From NCBI GenBank assembly GCA_051439605.1, contig JBFRWN010000021.1:1-57437 (forward strand): a DNA stretch of 57,437 nt. The letters run 5' to 3'. This document shows positions 29,179 to 40,094 of this stretch, in pieces (the stretch's first letter is position 1; every line of letters begins with the position of its first letter). Source of the stretch: Synechococcus sp. GTDB taxonomy: Bacteria > Cyanobacteriota > Cyanobacteriia > Thermostichales > PCC-7336. The notes beneath the pieces were generated by a model. The model was not told the DNA's origin, did not search any database, and saw nothing but the letters and a program-made list of their open reading frames with translations. A program made the translations under genes and the position numbers.

Positions 29179-30795
29179 TCAGCTCGGATCGGGCGATCGC
29201 ACCACCAACCGATAAATTGTGACGGTATCCACTGGCTCTCCCCCCCGCTGCAGCTCGATCTGACCGATTGCGTCCGCCGACTGGTAACTGGAAGGGGGAA
29301 GGCTAGACAGTTTCCCAAACCGCTGAGTCTCCAGATACAGTCCCGAACTGCCTAGCCATCGCTCGGGCTCGTACCAATAGTCAAACCCCCGCCGATCGCT
29401 GCCCAGACACGTCACGGGAACATCCCCGAGGGGGGCGATCGCCATCGCCACGTATCCGCTCAAAAACCATTCCCCCGTCGCCACAAACTCTGCCTCCTCC
29501 AACGCTGTGGTCAACAGTGCAGACTCGGCAATCCCGCGCCGCACCTGCCCAATGTCTAACTGTTGTGTCGAAGCATCGCGTTCGACCGGAATCCACCCCC
29601 CAAAGAGGGCACGCGTGCTGGGGGTCTGCAGAATACCCGCGTTGACGTGCAGAGCAGCCAACACCATCAGAAAGCTAGCAGTCAGCCCAGTGGTAGAAAG
29701 CCAAATCCAAACGGCGCGCGGTGCTTGCCGCCACCAGGTTGACGCCTGCGCCCCCAGCAGGATGGCAATTCCCCAAAACCCCGGCATCGGCCACGTCGGC
29801 AAGATGGCCCGATAGCCCCCCATCCAGGTAAACACCAACAGGGGGGGCAAAGACACGCAGAGGAGTAAGAGCTGCTGTCCTCGTCTGTGCACGACTCGAC
29901 CCCACCAGCCAGCTGCGATCGCCAGGCTGCACGTCCCAATCGTCCACCACATGGGAAAGCCAATGGTGGGAAACAGGTAAGCGATCCCCAGCAGCCAAGC
30001 GATCGTCAAACTGCCCAACAAATACGGTGCATCCGACACCGCTCGACTGGACTGAAAGACAAATGACGCCCACCCATGCTGGGCATTCCACAGCAGCAAC
30101 GGGGCAATGGCGATCGCAAACAACCCCACCCCCAACGCCGTCCATCCAGAGCGCAGTGCCAAGCGATGGGTGGGGCTGAGCACACAAAACAGAATCAGAC
30201 CAAACCCCAACGCGACCCCGTGATATTTCCCCAAGCAGGCCAGCCCCACTAGGGCACTGGCAATCGCTAGCCGATAGGTGGGTTGATAGGGGCGATCGCG
30301 AGAAAAAAACTCGTGACTGACGCAGTACAGGCAGGCGGTCCAGAAAAACATGAGGGGGCAATCAGGCAGGGTCAATGTGCCGAAGCCCAGTTGAAAAATC
30401 GGGCTAGCCGTAGCGATTGCTAGAGCGAACAAACCGGTGGGACGCGAAAACAGGCGATCGCCCGTCAAGTACAGCAACCACAACGTCAAGGTGTGCAGCA
30501 GCAGCGCTCCCAACCGAATGGAAAACGGAGAAACCCACTCCAGCAGCCAAGGACCCAAACCCGTCGTAATGGCAACCAAAAGGGGATGATCGAAATAGCT
30601 CCAGCTGGGATGGAGGGTATAAACGTAGTAATAGGCTTCGTCAAACCCAGCGGGAAGCGCAACGGCGATCGCCCCCCGCACGAGCAACCCTGCCAGCAAA
30701 AGGGCCAGGGCCCAACGGTGCAGGAGCCACCACTGCCCCCTCCCCTGCCGCACACGGGTCAGGGTTCGCACAGGCTGAGGCGAGTTAGAGTCCAC
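29179..30795 (-). CDS. ArnT/PMT (GT39/GT83-like) membrane glycosyltransferase
   Basis: DEAYY...WSYFDHP, LPD.PL, GLACLGKY. Confidence 0.88.
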   Translation of the reverse strand: MDSNSPQPVRTLTRVRQGRGQWWLLHRWALALLLAGLLVRGAIAVALPAGFDEAYYYVYTLHPSWSYFDHPLLVAITTGLGPWLLEWVSPFSIRLGALLLHTLTLWLLYLTGDRLFSRPTGLFALAIATASPIFQLGFGTLTLPDCPLMFFWTACLYCVSHEFFSRDRPYQPTYRLAIASALVGLACLGKYHGVALGFGLILFCVLSPTHRLALRSGWTALGVGLFAIAIAPLLLWNAQHGWASFVFQSSRAVSDAPYLLGSLTIAWLLGIAYLFPTIGFPMWWTIGTCSLAIAAGWWGRVVHRRGQQLLLLCVSLPPLLVFTWMGGYRAILPTWPMPGFWGIAILLGAQASTWWRQAPRAVWIWLSTTGLTASFLMVLAALHVNAGILQTPSTRALFGGWIPVERDASTQQLDIGQVRRGIAESALLTTALEEAEFVATGEWFLSGYVAMAIAPLGDVPVTCLGSDRRGFDYWYEPERWLGSSGLYLETQRFGKLSSLPPSSYQSADAIGQIELQRGGEPVDTVTIYRLVVRSPDPS

Positions 30796-32302
30796 CGCTC
30801 AAAATCGTTAGCGCCGCAAACGAGCCTGCATTCCAACAACTGTGCAATAGCATCGGGGCCAACAGGTTGCGACTGCGGCTGTACACAGTCCCCAGAACAA
30901 TGCCCAACACGGTCAGCGGCAACAAATCTGAAACATTGAGATGCACTATTGCAAACAGGACTGCTGTGAGAAGAATGGCACCCCACACCGGCATCACTTT
31001 GGTCAAAGACGGCAAGACAAACCCGCGGAACAAGGTTTCCTCAAAAATCGGCGCCATCACCGAAACCACCAACAGGAAAATCGCCCCAGGTAACCATCCC
31101 TGACTGTTCAAAATAATCGGTAATATCGGGTTTCCCCCACCGGACTGGGGCAAAAGCTTTTGGGCCAATGCCCCAGCTAACACCACCATTGGCAATGCAG
31201 CCAGATATCCCGATACCCCCCAAAGGGGCCATTTCCCTAGCAAGTGCACCTGTAAGGCAGATCCCGCAGTGGAAGCTAAGTCTACGGAAACCTCTGATTT
31301 TTGTGCTGTAGCGTCTAATGCCGGCTTAGACCATTCTTGATAAGTTCGCACAGTGACAGCGATCAGAAACAGACCAATCGCCGCCCCCACCGCGTAGGTA
31401 ATCGCCAGAGCGATCGCCTGCTGAACGTAACCCAGTTCGCGCGGGGCAGCTCCTAAAAACGAGACGTACACCCCCGGCACAAACAAGCCCACCAGCAAGT
31501 AAGCAATAAACCAAATAGAGACCACTGCCACCATCGTGTCGATGTCCCACGGCACCGACCATTGAGGGCCAAAGGCAGGCCACTTTTTCAAAGCTGCCCC
31601 CACCCCCCATACAATCAGCAACACAATGCCCACAAAAACTCCCACCAGCGGCACCCCAGACAGCAACACCAAACGGTTGAGGGAGTCTACCGCCACCTGT
31701 TCCTGCTCTTGCTCCAGAACTTGCAAGACATTAGACCGCTGCTGCAGCCGATACAGCTGTTGCAGAGCAACGAATTCAAACCATCCATCCAGGTTCTTTT
31801 GCAGCAGCACTTCGGCATTGGGCACGATGCGCAAAAACTGCGTCCCCCACAACCCACTTAACGCTTCCGCCACTGGAACCAGTTCTTCAGTTTTGACTCC
31901 CTGCCAATAGTCCTGAGCTTTCAGTAGCTCGTCCTGTTGAGCCAACAGCAATCCTGCCCGCAGGCTCAGTTCATCCAAACTTTTCTGCTGCAGCTGCAGT
32001 TGCTCGGCAAGATTCTCCGCCTCAAGTTGCGCTTGCAAGGGTGCCATGCGGCGGGTCAAGGTACTGGCTGCGTCCTGATAGCGCTGGGTGGCAGAGGTGA
32101 GAGGATCTTCCGATCCCAACAGGGCTCTGGCCACATCTTGATAGTCAGGATTGTCCAGCGTACGGACCGCCTGCAGCGACAGGTTGGTTTGAGCTAGATC
32201 TAAAGTGGTTTGAGGCGGGGGCTGAGACCAACTGCTGTAGAGCAAAGAGAACGCCAACCCGAGGGCAATGGCAGCAAGTAGATACGTAATCAGACGTCGC
32301 AT
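30785..32302 (-). CDS. CPBP (CAAX/Abi) intramembrane metalloprotease
   Basis: APIFEETLFRG, FAIVH, LLH..WN. Confidence 0.9.
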   Translation of the reverse strand: MRRLITYLLAAIALGLAFSLLYSSWSQPPPQTTLDLAQTNLSLQAVRTLDNPDYQDVARALLGSEDPLTSATQRYQDAASTLTRRMAPLQAQLEAENLAEQLQLQQKSLDELSLRAGLLLAQQDELLKAQDYWQGVKTEELVPVAEALSGLWGTQFLRIVPNAEVLLQKNLDGWFEFVALQQLYRLQQRSNVLQVLEQEQEQVAVDSLNRLVLLSGVPLVGVFVGIVLLIVWGVGAALKKWPAFGPQWSVPWDIDTMVAVVSIWFIAYLLVGLFVPGVYVSFLGAAPRELGYVQQAIALAITYAVGAAIGLFLIAVTVRTYQEWSKPALDATAQKSEVSVDLASTAGSALQVHLLGKWPLWGVSGYLAALPMVVLAGALAQKLLPQSGGGNPILPIILNSQGWLPGAIFLLVVSVMAPIFEETLFRGFVLPSLTKVMPVWGAILLTAVLFAIVHLNVSDLLPLTVLGIVLGTVYSRSRNLLAPMLLHSCWNAGSFAALTILSGGL

Positions 32303-32404
32303 GAGGGCGCATCAATTGGGGAATATCCCAAAGATACTGGGCCACGGGCGCAGAATGGAGATTTGTCCTGAAGGCAAAACCGCAGGTTAGCCACAAGAAG
32401 TCCA

Positions 32405-32938
32405 TCAAGGTTTATCATCGCGGGCGCAATAGCGACAGATATAGCTGCGTTCGAGTTCGCTGGGGGGGGTGGGTCGATTGCAGCGGGGGCAAGGGTGCAT
32501 GTTTTCGCTGGCTTGTATCTGCTTCATGCGCAGCGCCCAGCGTTCAAACGCTTCTTTAGGAGTCTCTGCCCTAGGTGGAACCGTCCTACCTGGGGAATAG
32601 GTGCGGTGTTTACCGGCCTGCTGAGTCCGTTCCTGCAAAGCTTTCCACTGGTGCCAGGTGCCTGGGCGAAATTTGAGGCTGTCAATTTGGCGATCGAGAC
32701 GGGGATTGAGCTTTTTGAGGATGAGTGTGCGTTGAAAGGCTAGGTTTTGTGCCCAGGTGGGAGAGGACGTCGCAACGGTGAGGACATTCTTGTGCAGCCG
32801 CACCGGCTTGGTGTTGGCGGCCACCACATCCCCCACCACCTCAGCCCACAATTTTTGGATAAATTCCAATTGGCGAAAGTCTTTCCAGGAGGGCTGCGTC
32901 TTGACAGCCTTCATCAGATCGTTGATGGAGTGCAGCAC
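32405..32938 (-). CDS. DUF721/DciA family protein with C-terminal Zn ribbon
   Basis: W.EVVG..VA.NT.P, L.VATSSPTWAQNL; CPRC...CRYC. Confidence 0.85.
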   Translation of the reverse strand: MLHSINDLMKAVKTQPSWKDFRQLEFIQKLWAEVVGDVVAANTKPVRLHKNVLTVATSSPTWAQNLAFQRTLILKKLNPRLDRQIDSLKFRPGTWHQWKALQERTQQAGKHRTYSPGRTVPPRAETPKEAFERWALRMKQIQASENMHPCPRCNRPTPPSELERSYICRYCARDDKP

Positions 32939-33095
32939 AGCAAGGGCCTGTCATGGGGCGTCTCTAGGATAGCGAACCCGTTTTAAGTCCAAGGGCAAGG
33001 CACCAGTTTTTTTAGCAAATTGCTGGCTTTTCTAACTGCCGTTAGGACCGGGAGGGCTGACGAATTCCATGGCACAGTAAATACAGTTCAGGCAT

Positions 33096-33434
33096 TTGAG
33101 GCCCCCAACCGTGTCAGAGTCCACCGATCGCCCTTCCCCCGAAGACTATTCCAACGGCATGCGCATCGCAGGTGGCATGATTTGGGGCACGGTTCTATCT
33201 CTAACCATCGGCTCCGGCATGGTACTTCTCCCCCAAGTCCCCCGTCCCTGGCTGTGGGCAGTGCCGGTGATGTGGGTGGCTCTATCGGGCCTTGGGGTTT
33301 GGTTGCAGTGGTCTGTGGCCCGAGGCAATTGCCCAAAATGCGGACGAGAACAGTCGGTTACCCGCTTAGGCAAGCGCTGCCCCCAATGCCGTAGCTACCT
33401 GCAGGCTAGCAACCGCAAGATTATTCGCATTTGA
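33096..33434 (+). CDS. Small two-TM protein with a C-terminal Zn ribbon
   Basis: Two hydrophobic helices, then CPKC and CPQC; start uncertain. Confidence 0.65.
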   Translation: MRPPTVSESTDRPSPEDYSNGMRIAGGMIWGTVLSLTIGSGMVLLPQVPRPWLWAVPVMWVALSGLGVWLQWSVARGNCPKCGREQSVTRLGKRCPQCRSYLQASNRKIIRI

Positions 33435-33442
33435 TTGACCCA

Positions 33443-34429
33443 TCACATCTGAAATATCCCCAGTATTGGGGCATGGTCTGACTCTGCCCGCTTGGAACTG
33501 GCGGAGGCAGAATTTGCCGGATCGATAAGGTCTTGATTCAAAATTTCACAGGTCAGAATTCGCTGGTTTAGCGATCGCGACACCAGCATGTGGTCAATGG
33601 TGGCGCGCCTGTCCATAAAAGTGTGGGTAAACCGCTGCTCGTCTCTCACCAACTGCTCGCAAGCGACCAGCTCTTGCCCCACTAGCTTCGGATTATTAAT
33701 GCGGGAAAACTGTCCCGCAACCGTCTTCACCGGTAGCTCGTGACTTTCAGCATTGAAATCTCCACACACGACTATGCGCGCACAAGCATCTTGTTTGAAT
33801 AGGCGATCGAGTAACCGGCGCACCTCTAGCGCTTGTCCAGCCCGCTTAATGGTAGACAGCAACTCGCTTTCAGCTCTTCCAGCCAAGCTGCGCCATTTCC
33901 CTCCCTCCTGCTGGCCAACAATTGTGCTGGGCAGCGGAGATTTCAGATGCAGGTTTATAACATGCAAAGACTTCCCCTGAGGCAGCTCAATTTCGGTATG
34001 GAGAAAGGGTCGATGCCAAGCAATCTCCTCCAGCTTTTGAGAGGGAATCGCCGTGTTTTGGCGAAAGGGGATTGTCACCAGATCGTGAAAGAGTTGTTGT
34101 TTATAGCGAAATGGAAATCGACTCAGGGTGACAATGTTACGAGACTCCAACGCATATCCAGATCCCAGATCGGGCTCGTAGGTTCCGGCCAAATGGTAAT
34201 CGCAGTATGACGTCTCTTCTAAGAGCTTCTGCAGGGCCAAGAATTGCCGTCGTTTCACACCTTCCTCTACAAGCTGCCCGTTAATCTCCTGCAAACACAG
34301 CACATCAGCATTCAGGTGCCTGAGTTGGTCGCGCAGCACCGGGATTCGCTGCGCTAGAGGAGGGTTCGTGGAATCCGCCTCAAACTGAAGGTTTTCAATA
34401 TTAAATGTGGCAATCCTCAACCGTTCCAT
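33443..34429 (-). CDS. Endonuclease/exonuclease/phosphatase family protein
   Basis: IATFNIENL, DVLCLQEI, HLKS, GDFN, IDHMLVS, SDHAP. Confidence 0.92.
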   Translation of the reverse strand: MERLRIATFNIENLQFEADSTNPPLAQRIPVLRDQLRHLNADVLCLQEINGQLVEEGVKRRQFLALQKLLEETSYCDYHLAGTYEPDLGSGYALESRNIVTLSRFPFRYKQQLFHDLVTIPFRQNTAIPSQKLEEIAWHRPFLHTEIELPQGKSLHVINLHLKSPLPSTIVGQQEGGKWRSLAGRAESELLSTIKRAGQALEVRRLLDRLFKQDACARIVVCGDFNAESHELPVKTVAGQFSRINNPKLVGQELVACEQLVRDEQRFTHTFMDRRATIDHMLVSRSLNQRILTCEILNQDLIDPANSASASSKRAESDHAPILGIFQM

Positions 34430-34694
34430 CACGACACCCGATAACAGCACACATTCGGTCTATTGGCCATGAGTTGCACCTAGCCAACCGCTCTAACGTG
34501 TTGTCTTTAACGCAATAGTGGCAGAAGACTATACAGATCATAGATGAAAATTGATGGTAGGACCTGAAGAAATAGAAAGCTTGCCGAATTCTTCCCGGTC
34601 AGGCGATAGTGAGTGTCAGGTGCAACCTTAACGAAACCCGCTCGCCTTCTAAAATCTTCACCATTCCCCTCTCCCACCCTTTCAGCGAGGTAAC

Positions 34695-36899
34695 TTGGCC
34701 GTGGTCGCGATTTCAACCCCAATTCCCGCCTTCTGTGAAGGCATTCAATACTTTTCTGAATCCGTTCCCGGTTTTGACCTCTACGGCCAGGAACCCGCCA
34801 TTCCAGAAGGAAGTAGAGCAGTTGCCGACCCCACGGATGCCGCTGCCGCTTACCAAACCATGTTGATGTCAGATGCACTGCGCTACATCATCTTGCAAAT
34901 GACCGCCAGCAAAGCCTCCGGCCACCCCGGTGGGTTCGCCAGCCAAGCTGAAGTGTATTCTGCCCTAGTCCTGCAGGGATACAAAAACATCATTACAGAG
35001 GTGGGGCACCACGCACCGGGCTTCTACGCCGCCACCTTCTTAGATCGCTCTCTAGAGGAGATGGGGATTTACACTGTCCAGGACTTGCGCGATCGCTTCC
35101 GGGAAAAGCACGGTCTGTTGGGTCACCTATCCGGCTTCATCCCTGGTATTTTGGCCCCCGCAGGTCCTCTAGGCCAGGGTCAACATTTCGCAATGGCTGC
35201 AGCCTTTCTCAACCGCGACACCCTTTACCCCTGCACCATTGGCGATGGCGGCTTGGGGGAACCCTACATTACGAGCGCCATCTCCCACTTCCACACCGCA
35301 TTCCCCACTGTCACTAACTTCCTGCCCATTTTGGTGTGGAACGGCTACAGCCAAGAACACCACAGCATGGTCTCCACCCAGTCTAATGAGGCCATGCTGA
35401 AGTACTGGCACGGCAACGGTGTGGAGGAAGTAATACTTGTCGATGCCAAAGACTTTGACGATTCCAGTCAGCCCGGAGACTTTGTTGACAGCACCGCCTT
35501 TAGCTTCGCGCAACGCCTTGCCTTCAATCAAGCGGTGATGACAGCGGTGGATCGAGCGGCCACCTCCGCCATGTCCGGCAAGCTGACGGTGCTGATCGTG
35601 AAACAGCTCAAAGGGGCAGGCGTTCATGCCAGAGGGTCAAAATCCCACAACCTCTATGGCTTCCACACGTTAGAAAACGAAGACATCGTCAGCGCTCTCA
35701 AATCCCTAGCCCTTCCACCCGCTGCTTGGAACCTCGTGCGGACCAACGCAGTTCGGGCCGCCGCTGGCCCCGCAGCAAAAGTGGCTACCACTGAATTCGT
35801 CCGCGAGCTGCCGGATCTGGGTCCATTGCCACTCAATGAAATCCCCATTGGGGAAGCCAAAATTGCCACCACCGCCATGGGGGCACTGGTGGCTGCTGTT
35901 GGCAAAGCAGACCCAGCTTTTTTGGTCACCAACGCTGATGGCAATGCAGCTTCCGGTATCGGCAATATCAACAAAGCCCTAAAAATCATCCACCCCACCT
36001 CCGACCCCCTCTATGACCAAGGGCCGCAGGGGCAAGTGTACGAACCCTTAAGCGAGGATGCTTGTGCCGGAATGGCTGCAAGTTTGTGCCTGATGGGGGG
36101 ACGTAGCCTGTGGTGCTCCTACGAATCCTTTGCCATCAACGGCCTACCCATTTGGCAGACTGTCACGCAAGCAATGGCAGAACTGCGTCGTCCCACCCCC
36201 TCCACCATTACCCTCTTTACCGCAGGTGCTCTTGAACAGGGTCGCAATGGCTGGACTCACCAGCGTCCGGAGGTGGAAAACTATTTCGCTGGAATGATGC
36301 GCAACGGCAATATTTTCCCAATCTTCCCTCCGGATTCAAACAGCATTCAGATGGCCTACGAATGGGCGCTAGGTACAAACAATAAAGGGGTGATCGTCAC
36401 CGCTAGCAAGTCTCCCTTACCAGTACGCACCTCCTTCAAGCAAACCCGCACTGGCCTCGAAACCGGTGGCATCGTATTGCACGAGACTTCAGGGTCCAAA
36501 ACTGTGGTTTTAGCTGTGATTGGCGACATGACTCTGCTCCCGGCATTTGCGGCTGCAGAGCTGCTCGAAGAGCAGGGCTACGGCGTACGGCTGGTGTCTG
36601 TTATCAGTCCCCGCAGGCTATACCGTCCCACTGACGTTGCCTGGGACACCTGCTCTGAACCCGATGGCGGATTTGCGGATGATGCTACCTTCGACTCTTT
36701 ATTTGGCGGAGATGCCCTTGTCGGCATTACGGGGGGAGCTAGCGGCATGCTGGAACCCATTATGCTGCGCAGCACGGTTCAACGAGATACGTTTGCCTGG
36801 AAACGAGGGGAAACCACCGCCAGCGCTAGTTTGTTAATGGAGTTTAACGGATTGGAAGCACAGGCGATCGCCAGACGAGCAACTACCTTGCTGAGCTAA
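34695..36899 (+). CDS. Phosphoketolase-family ThDP enzyme
   Basis: SGHPGG, GHHAPG, GPLGQG, ThDP motif GDGG...N, SEDAC, YESF, QGRNGWTHQ. Confidence 0.88.
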   Translation: MAVVAISTPIPAFCEGIQYFSESVPGFDLYGQEPAIPEGSRAVADPTDAAAAYQTMLMSDALRYIILQMTASKASGHPGGFASQAEVYSALVLQGYKNIITEVGHHAPGFYAATFLDRSLEEMGIYTVQDLRDRFREKHGLLGHLSGFIPGILAPAGPLGQGQHFAMAAAFLNRDTLYPCTIGDGGLGEPYITSAISHFHTAFPTVTNFLPILVWNGYSQEHHSMVSTQSNEAMLKYWHGNGVEEVILVDAKDFDDSSQPGDFVDSTAFSFAQRLAFNQAVMTAVDRAATSAMSGKLTVLIVKQLKGAGVHARGSKSHNLYGFHTLENEDIVSALKSLALPPAAWNLVRTNAVRAAAGPAAKVATTEFVRELPDLGPLPLNEIPIGEAKIATTAMGALVAAVGKADPAFLVTNADGNAASGIGNINKALKIIHPTSDPLYDQGPQGQVYEPLSEDACAGMAASLCLMGGRSLWCSYESFAINGLPIWQTVTQAMAELRRPTPSTITLFTAGALEQGRNGWTHQRPEVENYFAGMMRNGNIFPIFPPDSNSIQMAYEWALGTNNKGVIVTASKSPLPVRTSFKQTRTGLETGGIVLHETSGSKTVVLAVIGDMTLLPAFAAAELLEEQGYGVRLVSVISPRRLYRPTDVAWDTCSEPDGGFADDATFDSLFGGDALVGITGGASGMLEPIMLRSTVQRDTFAWKRGETTASASLLMEFNGLEAQAIARRATTLLS

Positions 36900-37040
36900 A
36901 AAAATCTAGTTCTACCTTAAGTCGTTCACTGGAAGACAAGCCTTGCATTGACAAGGGTAAAGCGGTGGATAGGTACAAGAGTCCTCAACACTAGCTTTAT
37001 TCTTATGCAAGTTGGTTGGGGCATTTCAGTGATTCCAGAT

Positions 37041-37099
37041 CCCTTTCTATGCATAGAGTTTGCGAACTAAACTAATGTGGCAAACTCTATCTGAAAGGG
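37041..37099. terminator. Long inverted repeat between convergent genes
   Basis: ATAGAGTTTGC (37053-37063) pairs with GCAAACTCTAT (37080-37090), extended by CCCTTTC / GAAAGGG. Confidence 0.45.
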
Positions 37100-37222
37100 C
37101 AGAAATCAAATACACCTAATGGGTCTAGTTTCTGCTGTTCGAAAGCAATAACGAAGGTGTAATTCACCTCATATGTATCGAACGGGCAAGCAAACTACAA
37201 TTAGAGAGAGAAACTGGTAACG

Positions 37223-39442
37223 TTACACCCCATAGTGCAAACATGAATTAAAATCCTGATCGCCCTTAGCAAGTTCAACAATAAATTCATCAGCAGGACA
37301 AGGCTTTGAGAACATGTAGCCTTGCATTAAATCAATTCCCAATTTGCGCAGATGGGCAAACTGTTCGGTTGTCTCGACCCCTTCAGCAACCACAGAAATT
37401 TTCATGGCCTGGGCCAGCTTCAAAACTACCTCAATAATCTGGGCATTAATTGGATCGCTCACAAGCTTGGAGACGAAGCTTTTGTCGACTTTTAGAGCAT
37501 CAACCGGGAGGTTCTGCAAGTAGCTTAGAGACGAGTAACCGGTCCCAAAATCATCGATATATATTTTGATGCCAAAATCACGCAGTTGCTGCAACTTGTT
37601 CGATGCCATTTCTCGATCTTTGAGAAAAACATTTTCAGTAATTTCAAGGCGGATCGTTGATGGATTTATCTGATAATTCGAATATATCCCTAAGACCTTC
37701 TCGTCGAAGTAGGGCTGTGAAATATATTTTGGACTAATGTTAACGTTGAGATAAAAATCATCGTCAATCAATCCAGCTCGCTTCCACTCCTGAATTTGTC
37801 GGCAGGACTGACTTAAGACATAGTCAGAAATTGGGATGATCAACCCAGTTTCTTCCGCAACATCAATGAATTGTCCGGGACCACGAAGGCGACCATTGGG
37901 AGCATTCCAGCGAACTAAGGATTCAGCGCCCACAAACCTGTTGTGGGAAGGGGAAAATATCGGCTGATAGAAAAGTGTAAATTCCTCTTGCGTAACCCCC
38001 CGTCTAAGTTCTGTTTCAAGCTTCATTCGAGATGAAACCTTAGAGTGCATGTTGCTATCAAAGATGGCATATTGTAACTCTGGTTTAGCTTTTGCCTCGT
38101 ACATCGCAATATCAGCATCGCGTAATATACTATCGGAATCTGAATACTGTCCCTGGCAAAAAACCACTCCTATACTGGCTGACGTAAAAATTTCATGGCC
38201 AGATATTTGAATTGGTCGATCGATCGTTTCAGCAATCCGTTCAACCACATGTAACAGTTCTTCAATGTGTTGAGTGTCTTGCAATAGAACAATGAACTCA
38301 TCACCACCCAGGCGAAAAACTGTGTCGGAAAGCCTGACGGCCAACTGTAGTCGCTTAGCAACGATTTCTAGCAATCGATCGCCAACGTTATGACCCAGAC
38401 TGTCATTAATCTGTTTAAATCGATCTAAGTCAAGAAATAGAAGACCAAATTTTGCATTCTGGTTGTCAACACTTTTCGATAACAGCTTTTCCAGCTGTCG
38501 GTTTAACTTCTTTCTGTTTGGAAGACCTGTTAACTCATCATGAAAAACTGCCTTTAATAACTGAAAGTTTGCTGTTTTAGTTTTATTGATGTCAGTGATC
38601 GATCCCGCAATTCGATAAGAGCTATTCTGACTATTTTTCATGGATGTGCCGCGGCATAGAACCCAACGGTATTCGCGATCGGCACATAAAACCCGATGCT
38701 CGCTTTCAAATGCGGGAAGTTTTCCACTCAAGTGAAGTACAAGCTGGGTCTTTAAACGCTCTATATCATCATGGTGAACCCGATCGAACCACTCGTCTAA
38801 AGTGTTAGATATTTCATCTTCTTTGTACCCTAAAATGCTTTTCCAACGGGGAGAATAGTATATCTCATTAGAGATTAAGTTCCAATCCCAAATGCCATCA
38901 TTCATTCCCCGAAATACCAAATCATATCTTTCTTGAGTCTGATTGGCCTCTTTTGCGATTGTTGCAAATGACGATCGGGTTGGGATAACAGTTTGTCTGT
39001 ATTGCTCAACAATATCTGTAGAAGCAGAACTTCCATTTCGATCTCTTGCTAGGCAAACTTCCGTGTAAACAGCAGAACAGTTAGGGCCAAATCTGATCGA
39101 ATCTCCCGGCTTCAGGATATGAGAGTAAATTTGGCTGCCGTTGACCTCTGTACCATTCTTACTGCCTGCTGAATATTGTCCACCATCTTTTAGGCGATAG
39201 ACGTAGCCTAGAGGTGATTTTACATCTTTAACCCGAGAAATTGTCGCATGATACTTTGAAACGAATTGATCGCTCAAACGGATCGTGTTGTCGAATTTTC
39301 GGCCGATAGTATAGAGATCGTCATGGAGGATATACGTTCTCCTGACACCTACATCCATCACCGTAAGCTTTGAAAATGAGTCCACAGGGCTCACTTCAGA
39401 TTCCCTTGCAAGAACATCTCCTGCGGTCTTCCTCTCTACCAC
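37223..39442 (-). CDS. FHA-PAS-GGDEF-EAL c-di-GMP signalling protein
   Basis: IGR...VSKYHA...SKNGT.VNG (FHA); DGIWDW...VHHDD (PAS); RLSD-x5-GGDEF; AESLVRW and DDFGTGYSSL (EAL). Confidence 0.93.
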   Translation of the reverse strand: MVERKTAGDVLARESEVSPVDSFSKLTVMDVGVRRTYILHDDLYTIGRKFDNTIRLSDQFVSKYHATISRVKDVKSPLGYVYRLKDGGQYSAGSKNGTEVNGSQIYSHILKPGDSIRFGPNCSAVYTEVCLARDRNGSSASTDIVEQYRQTVIPTRSSFATIAKEANQTQERYDLVFRGMNDGIWDWNLISNEIYYSPRWKSILGYKEDEISNTLDEWFDRVHHDDIERLKTQLVLHLSGKLPAFESEHRVLCADREYRWVLCRGTSMKNSQNSSYRIAGSITDINKTKTANFQLLKAVFHDELTGLPNRKKLNRQLEKLLSKSVDNQNAKFGLLFLDLDRFKQINDSLGHNVGDRLLEIVAKRLQLAVRLSDTVFRLGGDEFIVLLQDTQHIEELLHVVERIAETIDRPIQISGHEIFTSASIGVVFCQGQYSDSDSILRDADIAMYEAKAKPELQYAIFDSNMHSKVSSRMKLETELRRGVTQEEFTLFYQPIFSPSHNRFVGAESLVRWNAPNGRLRGPGQFIDVAEETGLIIPISDYVLSQSCRQIQEWKRAGLIDDDFYLNVNISPKYISQPYFDEKVLGIYSNYQINPSTIRLEITENVFLKDREMASNKLQQLRDFGIKIYIDDFGTGYSSLSYLQNLPVDALKVDKSFVSKLVSDPINAQIIEVVLKLAQAMKISVVAEGVETTEQFAHLRKLGIDLMQGYMFSKPCPADEFIVELAKGDQDFNSCLHYGV

Positions 39443-40094
39443 CTAATATCACTAGAAGCGCTGTGTACACAATCTAAAACCCGACCATGAACTATATTAC
39501 CCAGAGCATAGGGTGTATTTGCATACATAGAAGGTGGAGATAGGTTATTTTCGATGTCTGTAAAACCGTTGGACCACACAATTTGTTGAGAACATAATTA
39601 TCAAATATTACGGAAGTAAAAAACTAGTCCATATTGGACAGATAAATGCTTCTAAATGTGTAACTTTATCTGGATAAAAGTAAGACAATTGTTAATATCA
39701 TCAACCTAAGGGATGTTTTTCGTGTATCTACTAAACGATTTCTAAATTGTTCGGCCACATTGTCCCAATCTCGTTCTTGTATGCTTAGGGAGCAAGCTCA
39801 ATAGACGCTCTCATAGGTATGAAGCTCCGTACTGTACACCAAAAATTGAGCATCGGGGGGCAAAACATCAGTATTAGAATCCATCAATCGCGAATCCAAT
39901 ATATATATTAGTTAATAGGCAAGCACCTCTCCGAGTGCAACGCTTCGATTCAGGGGCTCGAGTCTCCTAAACACCCAGCTAAGGTTACCCTTCAGTTTAG
40001 GAACACTGAGCAAGCAATTCGCTCGTTTTTCAAACAAGCCCATCCATTGCTCCAACTACTTCTATATGGGTCAATCGATAGTGCGGGTAGTACC

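Noticed and set aside
29179..30795. GT39 as a pilin glycosylation enzyme
   Set aside because: Convergent to the pilin genes and overlapping the CPBP gene; adjacency alone is insufficient.
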